64,000 bases of DNA from an uncultured Gammaproteobacteria bacterium (GCA_963797555.1 CAWCPV010000011.1:28715-92714); one strand, 5' to 3'. Positions 21,622 through 35,643 are shown, counted from the first letter of the stretch. Program-made: numbers and translations. Notes: a model not told the origin generated them from the letters alone.

Positions 21622-22592
21622 TGGTCCTCTGCGACCATCAGGGCGTCCACGAACTCCTCGGCGTCGAATACCCTCAGGTCCTCAATATCCTCCCCGACGC
21701 CGATGAAGCGGATGGGGATGCCCAAGCGTTTGGCGATCGCGAAGATGATGCCGCCCTTGGCAGTCCCGTCAAGCTTGGTGAGGGTGATTCCCGTGACACC
21801 GACCGTCTCCCGGAACTGGACCGCTTGGTTCAGGCCGTTCTGACCCGTGCCGGCGTCGAGAATGAGCATCACCTCGTGGGGCGCAGTGGGGTCGAGCTTC
21901 TGAACGACGCGTCGCACCTTTTTCAGCTCCTCCATCAGGTTGGTCTTGGTGTGCAAACGCCCTGCCGTGTCGGCGATAACCACGTCGATGCCGCGCGCCC
22001 GGGCGGCCTGGACGGCGTCGAAGATCACCGAGGCGGAGTCCGCCCCGCTGTGCTGGGCGATGACCGGGATCGCGTTCCGCCGCCCCCATGCCTCGAGCTG
22101 CTCCATGGCGGCCGCGCGAAATGTGTCTCCAGCGGCCAGCAGGACCGACCGGCCTTCATCTGCGAGACGGTGGGCAAGCTTTCCGATGGTGGTGGTCTTG
22201 CCGGAGCCGTTGACCCCAACCATCAGGATGATGAACGGCCGCACCTCCTGTGGAACATCCAGCGGCTTGGCGCAAGGGCGTAGGATGGCGAGCATGTCTT
22301 CGCGCAACGCCGAGAATAGGCCCTGCGGATCGCGCAGCAGTTTGCGGCTGACGCGCCCGCCGAGATCGCCGATGATCTGCTGCGTCGCCTCCACACCCAC
22401 GTCGGCAAGGAGCAACTGCGTCTCCACCGCCTCCAGCAGCTCTGCGTCGACCTCGGTCTTGCCGATCACCAGCCGCGCCAAGCCTTCGATGAGGCTATGG
22501 CGCGTCCGTCGGAGCCGCTCACGCAGCCGTGCCAAGCGCCCGGCGGGCGCATCTCCCGAGGCTGCGATCTTGTCTTTCTTGAAACCAAACAC
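21618..22592 (-). CDS. ftsY: SRP receptor FtsY
   Basis: GVNGSGKTTTIGKLA, DTFRAAA, DTAGR, TKLDGTAKGG; start VFGFKK. Confidence 0.96.
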   Translation of the reverse strand: MFGFKKDKIAASGDAPAGRLARLRERLRRTRHSLIEGLARLVIGKTEVDAELLEAVETQLLLADVGVEATQQIIGDLGGRVSRKLLRDPQGLFSALREDMLAILRPCAKPLDVPQEVRPFIILMVGVNGSGKTTTIGKLAHRLADEGRSVLLAAGDTFRAAAMEQLEAWGRRNAIPVIAQHSGADSASVIFDAVQAARARGIDVVIADTAGRLHTKTNLMEELKKVRRVVQKLDPTAPHEVMLILDAGTGQNGLNQAVQFRETVGVTGITLTKLDGTAKGGIIFAIAKRLGIPIRFIGVGEDIEDLRVFDAEEFVDALMVAEDQ

Positions 22593-22764
22593 TGTCTGCT
22601 GTGGTGTTCTCGGCACGATCTGAAATCGAGTTATCCTAACATCGCTACCGGTCCCGGTTAAGACCGGCGGCACGTCGGAGGGGGTCTTCTTGTCATGGCA
22701 AGGCGGTTCGGCACATGCGGCTTGTGGGCGTGCATCCCGGGTGCTGGCGGCGCCGCAGAGCTCA

Positions 22765-22980
22765 GAGCTTGTGAAGAAATCGTCGCGAGCGGCCCGAGAG
22801 CGAGGCGCACGGAGCGCAGCGACGAGACATATCAAGTAGATAGGCGAGGAGCGACCGAATGGCAGGACAGCTATTCGGCACGTCCGCAGGACGCCCCGAA
22901 GGGGTGGCGTACAGGGAGGTTCGCCATGAGCACCGCGCAACGCTGCTATCGGGACGCGTAGCAGATTTATTCACAAGCTC
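22765..22980 (+). mobile_element. Full-length 216-bp MITE with 16-bp TIRs and TCA target duplication
   Basis: TCA|GAGCTTGTGAAGAAAT ... ATTTATTCACAAGCTC|TCA; internal hairpins. Confidence 0.88.
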
Positions 22981-23187
22981 TCACCCGAGAGTTCCTCCTG
23001 GACGACGGTCTGAAGCTCATCACCAAGTTCGATCACCGCGGCGTTGGTGGTGATTTGTGTTCTGAATGCTGTCATCGGGTGAATGGGCGACTTGGAGCAG
23101 GTGACGATAGAGGATGTGCGGCGCTGGTACCGCAGGACGCGTTCCGACGCCGCATCCATTCGGGCCGCTGGGTGCCGGTGAGCGTGG

Positions 23188-23190
<3 letters not shown>
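22981..23190 (+). pseudogene. Collapsed remnant of the M16 (pitrilysin-like) peptidase gene pair
   Basis: EFLLDDGLKLITKFDHR / VIG*MGDLEQVTIEDVRRWY / DAFRRRIH..V.VGG: three conserved pieces in ~200 bp at the usual ftsY-rsmD position. Confidence 0.7.
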
Positions 23191-24232
<1,042 letters not shown>

Positions 24233-24265
24233 ACTGGCAGCCCGAGTTCGTTTTAACCTTTTTGA

Positions 24266-26291
<2,026 letters not shown>

Positions 26292-26310
<19 letters not shown>

Positions 26311-27362
26311 GCGCCGTCCGGCGGCGGACGGAACCGCGTGGTGTCGAGCGGCGTCCGCGCACGGTTCAGCCCGAGCCGCCTGCGGGACAGCTCGAAGCGC
26401 TTGCGGATGATCTCTGCATACTGGCCCGTACCGGTCATCCGTCTGCCGAACCGGGAATCGTGGGCGTTCCCGCCGTGGCATTCGCGCACCAGCGCCAGGA
26501 TCCGCTTTGCCTTGAGCGGTGCGTGGTGCCCGAGCCACTCCTCGAACAGCGCCTCCACCTCCAAAGGAAGCCGCAGCAGCACGTATCCGGCCGCGCTGGC
26601 CCGCGCGGCGGCGCAAGCCCCGAGGACGGCTTCCAGCTCGTGGTCATTCAGGCCCGGAATCACCGGGGCGACCAGCACGCCGGCCGGAATGCCCGCCGCG
26701 GCCAGCCGCTGCAGTGTCTGCAGACGCCGCTCCGGCGACGCGGCCCGCGGCTCCAGGCGGCGCGCCAGTCCGCGGTCGAGGGTGCTGAGAGAGACGAACA
26801 CTTCTGCCAGGTTCTGGACGGCCATGGCGGACAGCAGGTCTTGGTCACGTTCCACGAGAGACGACTTGGTGGTGATGGTGACCGGGTGGCCGCAGGCGGC
26901 GAGCACTTCGAGGATGCGGCGCGTCACCTGCCAGGTCCGCTCGACCGGCTGGTAAGGGTCGGTATTGGTGCCGAGCGCGATGGGTTGGCAGCGGTACCCC
27001 GGCTGACGCAACTCCTGGACCAGCAAGCTGGCCGCCTCGGGCTTGACGAACAGGCGGCTTTCGAAGTCCAGGCCCGGAGATAGGCCCAGATAGGCATGGG
27101 TGGGGCGAGCGTAGCAGTAAACGCAGCCGTGCTCGCAACCCCGGTAGGGATTGATGGAGCGGTCGAAGGGGACGTCGGGCGATTGGTTGCGAGCGATGAC
27201 TGTGCGTGCCTGGTCCCGCTGCACGGTGGTCTTCAGCGCGGGTGCCTGCGCATCCGCCTCGTTCCAGCCGTCGTCTTCCGGTTGACAGACCGTGGTGTCG
27301 AACCGGCACGCGGGGTTGCTGGCGGCGCCCCGTCCCTTGGACGGCGTCCTGCTCCACGTCAT
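26292..27362 (-). CDS. PA0069/SplB-like radical SAM protein
   Basis: GRGAASNP, SINPYRGCEHGCVYCYAR, GTNTDPYQP, ends QLPL. Confidence 0.92.
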
Positions 27363-27527
27363 TGGCCGATTCTAGCACGCTTATCCGTGTTCCCCTGGCG
27401 CGCCGGCCGTTCTCGCACCCCAAAGGTGTAGAATCGGGCTGTGGTGACCGCGCGAGTCGACGCCTGCGGCCCGGGATGCGTCGCCGAGGCGATCGGCTTT
27501 GGTGGAGCGGCGCGAAAGGAGGAGCGT

Positions 27528-28256
27528 ATGGTTGCCGGCAACGAACAAGTCATCAAACAGGTCCAGGCTGCCCTCGAGCTCGATCCCCGCATCAATCAGC
27601 ACAAATCTCCGATACGTATGAGCTTCACGGGAGGCATCCTCACCCTCGAGGGCACCGTGGAGCACATCGCCGCCAAGCGGCGTGCGGTGCAGCTCGCCCG
27701 CACCGTGCCAGACGTGATCGTGGTCCAGGACCTCTTGCGGGTGCGGCCCTCCAACGTCTCCGGGGATGCCGCCATGCGCGACAGGGTCTGCAACGCCTTA
27801 TTGCAGGAGCCGGCCTTCGGTTACTTCGGCGTCAACACGTGGCTCAAAGGAGCCCGCCAGGTCCTGAGGCAGGCGGTGGACGAGCAAGGGTGTTACTTCG
27901 AGGTACAGGTGCGCGATGGCGTCGTGACCCTGCAGGGTCGCGCTGGGAGCCTGTCTCACAAACGCCTGGCAGGGGTGCTGGCATGGTGGGTCGGCAGCCA
28001 GGACGTGCTCAACCAGACGGAGATCGACCCGCCCGAAGAGGATAACGACGACGAGCTGACGGATGCCGTCCGCTTGGCTCTGGAGAAGGACCCCTTCCTG
28101 AAGGGGACGGAGCTGAGCGTCCGCACGCGGGACCGTGTGGTGGCGCTGCACGGCGCGGTGCACGGCGAGACGGATCGCGAGCTGGCGGAGGCCGACGCCT
28201 GGTACGTGGACGGAGTGGACGGCGTCGACAACCACCTCGTGGTGCGGCCCGCATGA
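27528..28256 (+). CDS. Triple BON-domain protein
   Basis: Three repeats of the G.VTL.G.V ... V..V.N.L pattern; AGGAGGAG RBS. Confidence 0.85.
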   Translation: MVAGNEQVIKQVQAALELDPRINQHKSPIRMSFTGGILTLEGTVEHIAAKRRAVQLARTVPDVIVVQDLLRVRPSNVSGDAAMRDRVCNALLQEPAFGYFGVNTWLKGARQVLRQAVDEQGCYFEVQVRDGVVTLQGRAGSLSHKRLAGVLAWWVGSQDVLNQTEIDPPEEDNDDELTDAVRLALEKDPFLKGTELSVRTRDRVVALHGAVHGETDRELAEADAWYVDGVDGVDNHLVVRPA

Positions 28257-28355
28257 GGTGCTCGGCTGGCTACGCGCGCCTATAGCGCCCAGCGGCCGCG
28301 ACAACGCCGTAGCAACCAAGGGGCGGCCTGCGCCGGGGGAGGGCGCGCCTGACCG

Positions 28356-29030
28356 ATGCCCATCAAGGACTGGCCGGCCGGGGAACGGCCGCGGGAGAAG
28401 CTGCTGCAGCAAGGGCCGCAGGCCCTGTCGGACGCGGAGCTGCTGGCCATCTTCCTGCGCACCGGGATGCGCGGCAAGAGCGCCGTCGACTTGGCCCGCG
28501 ACCTGCTGTCCAGCTACGGCGGCCTCCGCGCCCTGCTCCAGGCCGATTGGCGCACCTTCTGCCAGGCGCCCGGCCTGGGCATGGCCAAGTACAGTCAGTT
28601 GCAGGCGGCCTTGGAGATTTCCCGGCGCTACCTCCTGGAGTTACTCCAGCGGGAGGATGTCCTCACCAGCCCGGAGGTGGCCCGCAGCTACCTGACCGCG
28701 CGGCTGCGCGACCGGCCCCATGAGGTCTTCGCCTGTCTGTTCCTGGACAACCGACATCGGGTCATCTGCTTCGAAGAGCTGTTCCGGGGAACCATCGACG
28801 GGGCCACCGTGCACCCCCGGGAGGTCGTGAAGACCGCACTGGCGCACAATGCGGCGGCCGTCATCCTGGCGCACAATCACCCCTCCGGCGTGGCTGAGCC
28901 CAGCCGGGCCGACGAGATGCTCACCCGTCGACTCAAGGATGCGCTGGCGCTCGTAGACATCCGGGTGCTCGACCACATCGTTGTGGGGGAAGGGAACGCC
29001 GTCTCTCTCGCGGAGCGAGGCCTCCTTTAG
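28356..29030 (+). CDS. radC: RadC/JAB-domain protein
   Basis: ERPREKL, VHPREV, AHNHPSG, LDHIVVG. Confidence 0.96.
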   Translation: MPIKDWPAGERPREKLLQQGPQALSDAELLAIFLRTGMRGKSAVDLARDLLSSYGGLRALLQADWRTFCQAPGLGMAKYSQLQAALEISRRYLLELLQREDVLTSPEVARSYLTARLRDRPHEVFACLFLDNRHRVICFEELFRGTIDGATVHPREVVKTALAHNAAAVILAHNHPSGVAEPSRADEMLTRRLKDALALVDIRVLDHIVVGEGNAVSLAERGLL

Positions 29031-29419
29031 CGGCAGGCGCGGAGACGCCGGGGCTGGGGCGGCTCCGCGCCTGCGGCATCGCCGCAGGTGTCTTCCCGGC
29101 TGGGCCGCGGAAGCGTATGCCGGATCGACGCGGGCCGGTGCCGAGGGTATGGCTGGCGCACAGAATTGTCAATACGCGAACCATCCGGACTTAGGCGCTA
29201 GTGGTTCACGCACCGGTCATGCGCAAGAATTTAGGACGCGATATATAGCTCAACTTTAGATAGCAGCTACGTAAACGGTAGCCGCAACAAGCCCCAGTGG
29301 CGCTCCGGGAAGCGGTCGCGGGTGACCGCGAGCCCCACCACGATTTGGGGCGCATCGCCGTGCCCGTTCTTGCTGTCGCCGTGCTTCCTCGGCGCCGCCT
29401 ACGACAACGGGCAACCGGA

Positions 29420-29550
29420 CGGAAATCCTGATGATCCACCTGGGCCGGCACAAGCGCGCGCCCGCCGATTACGACACCGCGGCCCTGGTCCGCGCCACCG
29501 ACGGCTTCAGCGGCGCGGAGCTCGAAGAGGCGGTGGTCAATGCCACCGCC
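29420..29550 (+). pseudogene. AAA ATPase lid remnant (Ycf46-like)
   Basis: EILMIHL..KR.P..YD..ALVRATDGFSGAELEEAVVNA. Confidence 0.65.
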
Positions 29551-29615
29551 GGGGGGACGGGGACTCCACTGTGCCGTATGGGGTGTCCTCCCGCGAGGGG
29601 CGATTGTCCGGACTG

Positions 29616-30041
29616 CTAGCCGTCGGTCTCAGTAACGGCGGCTCGCAGGCGCTTCTTGCGGCCGCAGCGGTGCTTGGCTGCCAGGGTCCGTTCCCGGGAG
29701 GCCGCGCTCGGGCGCGTCTTGCGGCGCGGTTTGGGCTTCTCGGTTGCCCGGCTGAGAAGGTTCTTGAGGCGTTCGAGGGCGTCTTGGCGGTTACGCTCCT
29801 GTGTCCGATGACGACGGGCGTCGATCACCAGAACCCCCTCCGCCGTCACCCGGCGTCCCGCCAGACGCAGCAACCGCGCCCGCACGTCCTCGGGAAGCGC
29901 TATGCAACGAACCACATGAAAGCGCAGTTGCACCGCGGTGGACACCTTGTTGACGTTCTGACCACCGGGTCCGGATGCCCGGATGAAACGGAGATCGATA
30001 TCGTTTTCGGGGATGCTGAGGTTAGCGAGGACAAGCGTCAT
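29616..30041 (-). CDS. arfB: Alternative ribosome rescue factor B
   Basis: SGPGGQNVNKVSTAV, basic tail KPRRKTRPS. Confidence 0.95.
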   Translation of the reverse strand: MTLVLANLSIPENDIDLRFIRASGPGGQNVNKVSTAVQLRFHVVRCIALPEDVRARLLRLAGRRVTAEGVLVIDARRHRTQERNRQDALERLKNLLSRATEKPKPRRKTRPSAASRERTLAAKHRCGRKKRLRAAVTETDG

Positions 30042-30256
30042 ATGAACAGCTTACACCATCGAAGTCGAGCGTCCTCTCGGCCCGAAGGCCGAGGAGCATC
30101 AGGTGTCGTGTTGGCGCCCAGCGGTCTCCACCGAAGCGGTCTGGCTAGAGGCCAGCCAACCCGGTCGCCCGGAGCCTGCGGGGCGGCTTGATGGTCAGGG
30201 CAGTCCCGCTCGCATGGCGATATCCAGACGGAGGGCGCGCGTTCGGGCCGGGGCAG

Positions 30257-30919
30257 CTACCAGCGGGGCGGGAGCTTCCTCAATAGGGTGACGCGCTTCC
30301 CCTTGATCGCGATGTAACCACCGGCCTTGAGGTCTCGTAACAGAACGCCGACCATCTCTCTGGACGCGCCGACCATGTTTGCGATGCCTTGCTGAGTGAG
30401 CTTGCCCGTCACGAGCTGGCCATTCTCCTCATAGGCATGTTCTTGTAACACCCGTACCAACCGGCCGTACACGTCCCGCAGCGCAAGGTCACTCACCGCT
30501 TCCGTAAGCCGAGTCACCCGTTCGACCAAGTTCGCGATCAGGTTCAATGCGATCTGCGGATGGCGCCCGAGGCACTCCAAGAACGCGGCCTTGGAGATGA
30601 CCAGAAAGGATGAGTCCTCCAAGGTCGCCACCGAGGCCGTCCGCGGGCAGTTCCCCAGCAGGCCGAGCTCTCCGAGATATTCTCCAGGCCCCTGGATGTT
30701 GAGCACCTTTTCCTTGCCGCTCTCGTCAGCGACGTAGACCTTCACCTTGCCCGAGACGATCAGATACAGGCGTGATGATTCCTCTCCCTTCTGGATGAAA
30801 ACGGTATTCTTGCGGAATGTCCGCGTAACGGCATGTCTCTTGATGACGCTGATCTCGTCGGCCGAGAGCCCCGCGAACAGTTTAACGTTCTCAAGCAAGG
30901 CGCTTCTGTCCCTGGCCAC
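30257..30919 (-). CDS. Crp/Fnr-family regulator with intact cNMP pocket
   Basis: GELGL..PRTAS, HTH TQQ.IA.MVGASREMV. Confidence 0.92.
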   Translation of the reverse strand: MARDRSALLENVKLFAGLSADEISVIKRHAVTRTFRKNTVFIQKGEESSRLYLIVSGKVKVYVADESGKEKVLNIQGPGEYLGELGLLGNCPRTASVATLEDSSFLVISKAAFLECLGRHPQIALNLIANLVERVTRLTEAVSDLALRDVYGRLVRVLQEHAYEENGQLVTGKLTQQGIANMVGASREMVGVLLRDLKAGGYIAIKGKRVTLLRKLPPRW

Positions 30920-31114
30920 TGCGGCGGCAGTGTCGCCGCTGATTCGGATTGCCCCCAGAAGTATCCGTATCGTAACGCAACGTGCGCAACTTCAACGGTG
31001 ACAGGCTGCAGCCTTCAACCGTTCAATCCGGCCAGCCTCCTTCGGACCGGGATCGGCAGCGGGCGGGCGAGCCTCCAGCCAGTGCGGCAAGACGGACGGG
31101 ACGACCCGTCCGTG

Positions 31115-34100
31115 CTACACCCTCTCCTCGGAGCCGGCGCTATGCGATTCCAGCTCGTCGAGCAAGACCCCGGCGTCTTGCATGTCACCGGTATCGAGAC
31201 CCTCGGTAAACCAGCGGTGTACGGGGGCGAGCAAAGCCCGAGCCTCCGTGTGTTTGCCCTGTTTGCTCCACAGCCGCGCCAGGCTGGTGGCCGATCGCAG
31301 CTCCAGGGATCTGGCGTGCTGGTCGCGGGCAGTCCCGAGGGCGCGTTGGAGACACGCTTCGGCGTCCGCTTCATGCCCCGCGGACCGGAGAAGCAGCTCC
31401 CCTTTGAGCCGGTACTGCTCCGCCTCCCACACGTGCTCGCCGGTTTTCTCTGCCAGTGCCAGCGCCTCGGCCAGCATGTCTAATGCCCGCTGGATTTGCC
31501 CCGATCTCCCATGGGCCTCGGCCAGCCAGCCGAGATACCATGACACGCCCAGGTCCGCGCCCGTGGCGCGGAAGTCCTCTACCCCTTTGCGCATCTGCTC
31601 GATCCCATCGTCTATCTGCTGGCCGATCCAAAGCGTCCACCCGCGCACCACCGTGCTCACCGCGAGATGCAGTGGAAAGCCCTGCTCTCTGGCCAATGCC
31701 ATGTCCTTCTCGGCCCATCTGCGTGCCTCCTCCGCGTCGCCGCGCGTGCGCTGCAGCACGGCCATGTACATGAGGGCCAAGGAGATGCTGAAGGGGTGGG
31801 GCGGGTCTTGCTGTGCTAGGTCCAATGCTTGACGGGCGCGGGCTAGAGCCTGGTCTGGATAGCCGAGGACCCAGAGGGCCTGGGCCGCATAGATTAAACA
31901 GACCACCCCTACGTCATGCGCAGTGCGTAGGACTAACGCGCGGTCCTCGCGGAGGTCGTAAAGCGCGATACCCTGTTCCAGGTGCTTGAGAGCGCCGGTA
32001 AAGTCTCCGAGATAGAACGAGCTACACCCGACGGCGGTGTGCGCTACGAGATAAAGTACCCGCTCGGCGTACCTGTCGGCGACAGCCAGCATCTGCTGCC
32101 CCAGCGCGCGCGCGGCGGGGTGGCTACCCCGCAGAAAGTAGTGGACCCACAAACCATAATGGACCCACAGCCCGGACAGTGCGGGGGCGGCCTGCTCCAT
32201 CTGCTCCAGCCGCTCCCACAAGGCTTGAGCCCTTCGGTAGGTGCTCTCCACCTCCGGATGCCCGACACCCTTCGCCATCACCAAGGCGGACCCCTGAGCC
32301 AGCAACATGTCCAGCTCGTACCCCGCGCGCTGCGCACCCTCGGGCAGCCTCGTCACAACGTCCAGCCCAGTGCGGAGATGCCCAATGGCTTCCAGGTTCG
32401 CTGAACGCTGCAGAGCGGCCTGTCCTGCCCGCAGCCAATGGGCCACAGCGCGCTGCGGCAGGTCTGCGCCGGTGTAATGGTGGGCAACCAGCTCGGGCTG
32501 TATCTCGGCGACTTCGGGGAAGCGCTCCTCCAAAACCTGGGCGATCCGCTGGTGGTATTGCTGGCGGGTGCTCTTCAGCAAGGACTGATAGGCAGCATCC
32601 TGGATCAAGGCATGCTTGAACAAATAGCTCGCCTCGGGCGGCTCTCCGGTCTGGTAAACCAACTGGGCATCTACCAGCCGCGCCAGTCCCTCCCGCAAGC
32701 CGGCCTCGCCGGCCTGCCAGACCGCCTGCAGCAGCTCATAGGAAAACTTCCGGCCGATGGTGGCTGCCAACTGGGCCACGGACTTGACCGGGGCCAGGCG
32801 GTCGAGGCGGGCCATCAGGGAATCCTGCAGACTCGCAGGAATCGCTAGCGAAGCCGGCCGCCCCGCCAGCGCGTAGCCGCCTTGGTCCTCACGCACCAGC
32901 CCCGATTCCAGGATCGCCTTGAGCAACTCTTCGACGAACAGCGGCAGTCCGTCTGTCTTGGTGTAGATCTGCTCCAGAACCTGGGGCGGCACCCGCTTGC
33001 CCTGGGTGAGCTGATCGACCAGCAGCGAGACTTGGTCGTGCGTCAAACGGCTCAGGCGGATCGTCGTACAGTGTCGCGACCCGGCCCACGAGGGCTCGAA
33101 CTCGGTCCGGGAAGTCAGCAAGGTCAGCATCGGGGCGCTTGGCGTCCGTTTGACCACCAGCGTGAGCAGCGCAAGCGTCGATGGGTCTGCCCACTGCAGA
33201 TCCTCCACCACCAACAGGACTGGCTGTCGCTTCGCTTCCAACAGCAGCCAGCCTGACAGGGTCTCCAGGGTCTTCTCTCTTCGCCTCTGCGGCGTCAGCT
33301 GGAGCGCCGGGTAGCGGTCGTCGCACGGAATCGACAGCAGCGACGCAACGAGCGGAATGACCTGCGGCAGGGCTGAGTCAAAGCGGCCCAAGACCTCTTC
33401 CAGCTTGGCGAGCTTTTCCTCGGGAGGGTCTTCCGAGGAGAGTCTGAGTAGACGCTGCAAGTGGTCGATGACTGGGTACAAAGCGCTGTTCTGAAAGAAT
33501 GGCGCACAGGAGTATTCGATCCGCAGGGCGGCATCGGACTGGGGCTGGGTCCCGCCGATCGCGCCCTCGGTCTGACCCGAGTGATGGCCCATGGCGATGG
33601 GTGCATCACCGAGCTCACTCGCCACCTCCTCCTTCAGGGACTGCACCAGGCGCGATTTGCCAACGCCCGCCTCTCCGCTCACGAGAACTACCTGACCGTC
33701 GCCCGAGACGGCCTGCTCCCAGCAGCGGCGCAGCACGGAGATCTCCCTCTCGCGGCCTACCAGAGGAGTCAGACCAGCGGCTGGGTGTGTGGCCTCGAAG
33801 CGACTCTCCGACGCGCGAGGACGAATGACTCGCCACGCTTGCAGCGGCTCGGGGAAGCCCTTGAGGGAGTGGTGGCCGAGGTCGGCATACTCGAACAGGC
33901 CACCCGTCAGCTTTCGCGTGGTCGGATCGACGACGACGCTGTCGGGATCCGCGAGCGCTTGGAGGCGTGCGGCCAGGTTGGGCGTCTTCCCGGTCGCCCC
34001 TCCTGTCCCCAGCCCATCACCCACTACCACCTCGCCCGTGGCGATACCGATGCGCGTCTGCAGCCGCAGCCCCGGTCGGGTCTGAAGCTCTCCTATCGCA

Positions 34101-34588
34101 GCGACAACGCCAAGGCCCGCCCGGACCGCCCGCTCTGGATCGTGCTCCATCGCGCGCGGGTATCCGAAATAGGCGAGCACGCCGTCTCCCAGGTATTGGG
34201 CCACGTGCCCTGCAAAACCCTCTATAACGGACGCGCAGCAGTGTTGGTACGCCAGGACGATCTGGCGCAGGTCTTCGGGGTCCATCCGTGAGGACAACGC
34301 GGTGTAGCCGACCAAGTCACAAAACATCACCGCGAGCTGGCGGCGTTCGGCTTCGATCGAGGGACTCGCGCGGGCTCGCGGAGCGGCGGCCGCCCGGCCG
34401 GCGGCAGCCTGTGCCGTGGCCACGATCGCTTTCAACAGCCTCTTGCGATGGCCGAGCGGGATGCCGAGCTTTTCCAGGTCCCCATCGGTGAGGTCTGGGA
34501 GCACATCGAGTTCGATCGCGTGCTGCTTGAAGAGCGCGGCATATCGGGCAAGCCCGATCTCGGCGAGCCATGCGTCCATCGCCGTCAT
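31115..34588 (-). CDS. SAM - class III nucleotidyl cyclase - STAND ATPase - TPR protein
   Basis: SAM (LGIPLGHRKRLL), FCDLVGYT / LGDG / PNLAARLQ, Walker A GEAGVGKS, Walker B LLVVED, TPR-like tail. Confidence 0.92.
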   Translation of the reverse strand: MTAMDAWLAEIGLARYAALFKQHAIELDVLPDLTDGDLEKLGIPLGHRKRLLKAIVATAQAAAGRAAAAPRARASPSIEAERRQLAVMFCDLVGYTALSSRMDPEDLRQIVLAYQHCCASVIEGFAGHVAQYLGDGVLAYFGYPRAMEHDPERAVRAGLGVVAAIGELQTRPGLRLQTRIGIATGEVVVGDGLGTGGATGKTPNLAARLQALADPDSVVVDPTTRKLTGGLFEYADLGHHSLKGFPEPLQAWRVIRPRASESRFEATHPAAGLTPLVGREREISVLRRCWEQAVSGDGQVVLVSGEAGVGKSRLVQSLKEEVASELGDAPIAMGHHSGQTEGAIGGTQPQSDAALRIEYSCAPFFQNSALYPVIDHLQRLLRLSSEDPPEEKLAKLEEVLGRFDSALPQVIPLVASLLSIPCDDRYPALQLTPQRRREKTLETLSGWLLLEAKRQPVLLVVEDLQWADPSTLALLTLVVKRTPSAPMLTLLTSRTEFEPSWAGSRHCTTIRLSRLTHDQVSLLVDQLTQGKRVPPQVLEQIYTKTDGLPLFVEELLKAILESGLVREDQGGYALAGRPASLAIPASLQDSLMARLDRLAPVKSVAQLAATIGRKFSYELLQAVWQAGEAGLREGLARLVDAQLVYQTGEPPEASYLFKHALIQDAAYQSLLKSTRQQYHQRIAQVLEERFPEVAEIQPELVAHHYTGADLPQRAVAHWLRAGQAALQRSANLEAIGHLRTGLDVVTRLPEGAQRAGYELDMLLAQGSALVMAKGVGHPEVESTYRRAQALWERLEQMEQAAPALSGLWVHYGLWVHYFLRGSHPAARALGQQMLAVADRYAERVLYLVAHTAVGCSSFYLGDFTGALKHLEQGIALYDLREDRALVLRTAHDVGVVCLIYAAQALWVLGYPDQALARARQALDLAQQDPPHPFSISLALMYMAVLQRTRGDAEEARRWAEKDMALAREQGFPLHLAVSTVVRGWTLWIGQQIDDGIEQMRKGVEDFRATGADLGVSWYLGWLAEAHGRSGQIQRALDMLAEALALAEKTGEHVWEAEQYRLKGELLLRSAGHEADAEACLQRALGTARDQHARSLELRSATSLARLWSKQGKHTEARALLAPVHRWFTEGLDTGDMQDAGVLLDELESHSAGSEERV

Positions 34589-34838
34589 GGCGCCCCATCG
34601 TACGAGAGCTTCGCCGTCCTTCCCCGCTCTCTCATTCCGTCCTGGCTGCTCGCTCCCTTGTCAGCGCACGCCGTTGGTCTGTCAGAAAGGCGTGGGGCCT
34701 CATCGGAGCGTCGCGGCGACAATCGGTTGGCCGTCGTAGCATCCATGGAGGTCCGGGTAACGGCCACAGGCCCCCGGTATTGGAATATCTAACGCAGGGG
34801 TGAGTATAACGCGGTTTAGCTTGACGTGTCGCTGCTCA

Positions 34839-34898
34839 GAGCTTCCGAAGAAATCGCCGTTAGCGGCCCGAGAGCAACACGCATGGATCGAGGAGCTC
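34839..34898 (+). repeat. MITE family copy (short, diverged)
   Basis: TCA|GAGCTTCCGAAGAAATCGCCGTTAGCGGCCCGAGAGC similar to 22765 onward. Confidence 0.7.
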
Positions 34899-35170
34899 TA
34901 CGGCGTCCAAATCCTTGCGCACGAAACGCGGAGAGTAGTAGCGCGTCAGTAGGGTTGGCGCCTGCTGCCAGCTTCCCGAACACAGCAGGTCGGCCGCGGG
35001 CGTGCGACACCGCCCATGGGCCAGACGGTACTCAACCTGCCGCACGTTGGACACCGGTTTGGACGGAATGTGCTCCGGAGCGCAGGGGCGCAGGTGCTCC
35101 GTGGAGGGTTTCACCGAGCGCTATGTTAACGCAGCCGTGTGCGGGACGGCGGGAGGTCCGAATGCGCCCC

Positions 35171-35199
35171 TTGCCAGGGGAGGGGCGATCCAGTATAAA
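35171..35199 (+). promoter_or_regulatory. sigma70 promoter of rpmBG
   Basis: TTGCCA-N17-TATAAA 40 bp upstream of rpmB. Confidence 0.7.
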
Positions 35200-35239
35200 G
35201 CTTTGTTCTTTTGCTACATCTACCGAGCTGGAGGTGACC

Positions 35240-35476
35240 GTGTCCAGAGTGTGTCAGGTGACCGGGAAGCGCCCTGTGACGGGCAACAATGTCTCTCACG
35301 CCCACAACAAGACACGCCGCCGCTTTCTGCCCAATCTCCATACCCATCGTTTCTGGGTCCCCAGCGAGAACCGGTGGGTACGTCTGCGGGTCAGCTCGCA
35401 GGGCATGCGCATGATCGACAAGGTGGGTATAGAGCAGGTGCTGGCCGACATGCGCCGGCGCGGCGAGAAGGTCTAG
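35240..35476 (+). CDS. rpmB: 50S ribosomal protein L28
   Basis: [32 protein letters not shown]; GGAGG RBS. Confidence 0.98.
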   Translation: MSRVCQVTGKRPVTGNNVSHAHNKTRRRFLPNLHTHRFWVPSENRWVRLRVSSQGMRMIDKVGIEQVLADMRRRGEKV

Positions 35477-35487
35477 GAGTCCGAGCG

Positions 35488-35643
35488 ATGCGCGAGAAAA
35501 TCAAGCTGGTGTCGAGCGCCGGCACGGGTCACTATTACACGACGAGCAAGAACAAGCGCAACACCCAGGAGAAGATCGAGCTGAAGAAGTTCGATCCCGT
35601 GGTGCGCAAGCACGTCGTCTACCGCGAGAGCAAGATCAAATAG
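35488..35643 (+). CDS. rpmG: 50S ribosomal protein L33
   Basis: [35 protein letters not shown]. Confidence 0.98.
   Translation: MREKIKLVSSAGTGHYYTTSKNKRNTQEKIELKKFDPVVRKHVVYRESKIK

Noticed and set aside
22765-22980. Repeat as CRISPR array or attC site
   Set aside because: Copies are dispersed with TIRs and target duplications; no spacer periodicity, cas or integrase genes
29235-29345. TAGCTCAA...GATAGCA stretch resembling a tRNA D-arm, with nearby hairpins
   Set aside because: No T-loop GTTC, acceptor stem or CCA; cannot be called a tRNA or known ncRNA
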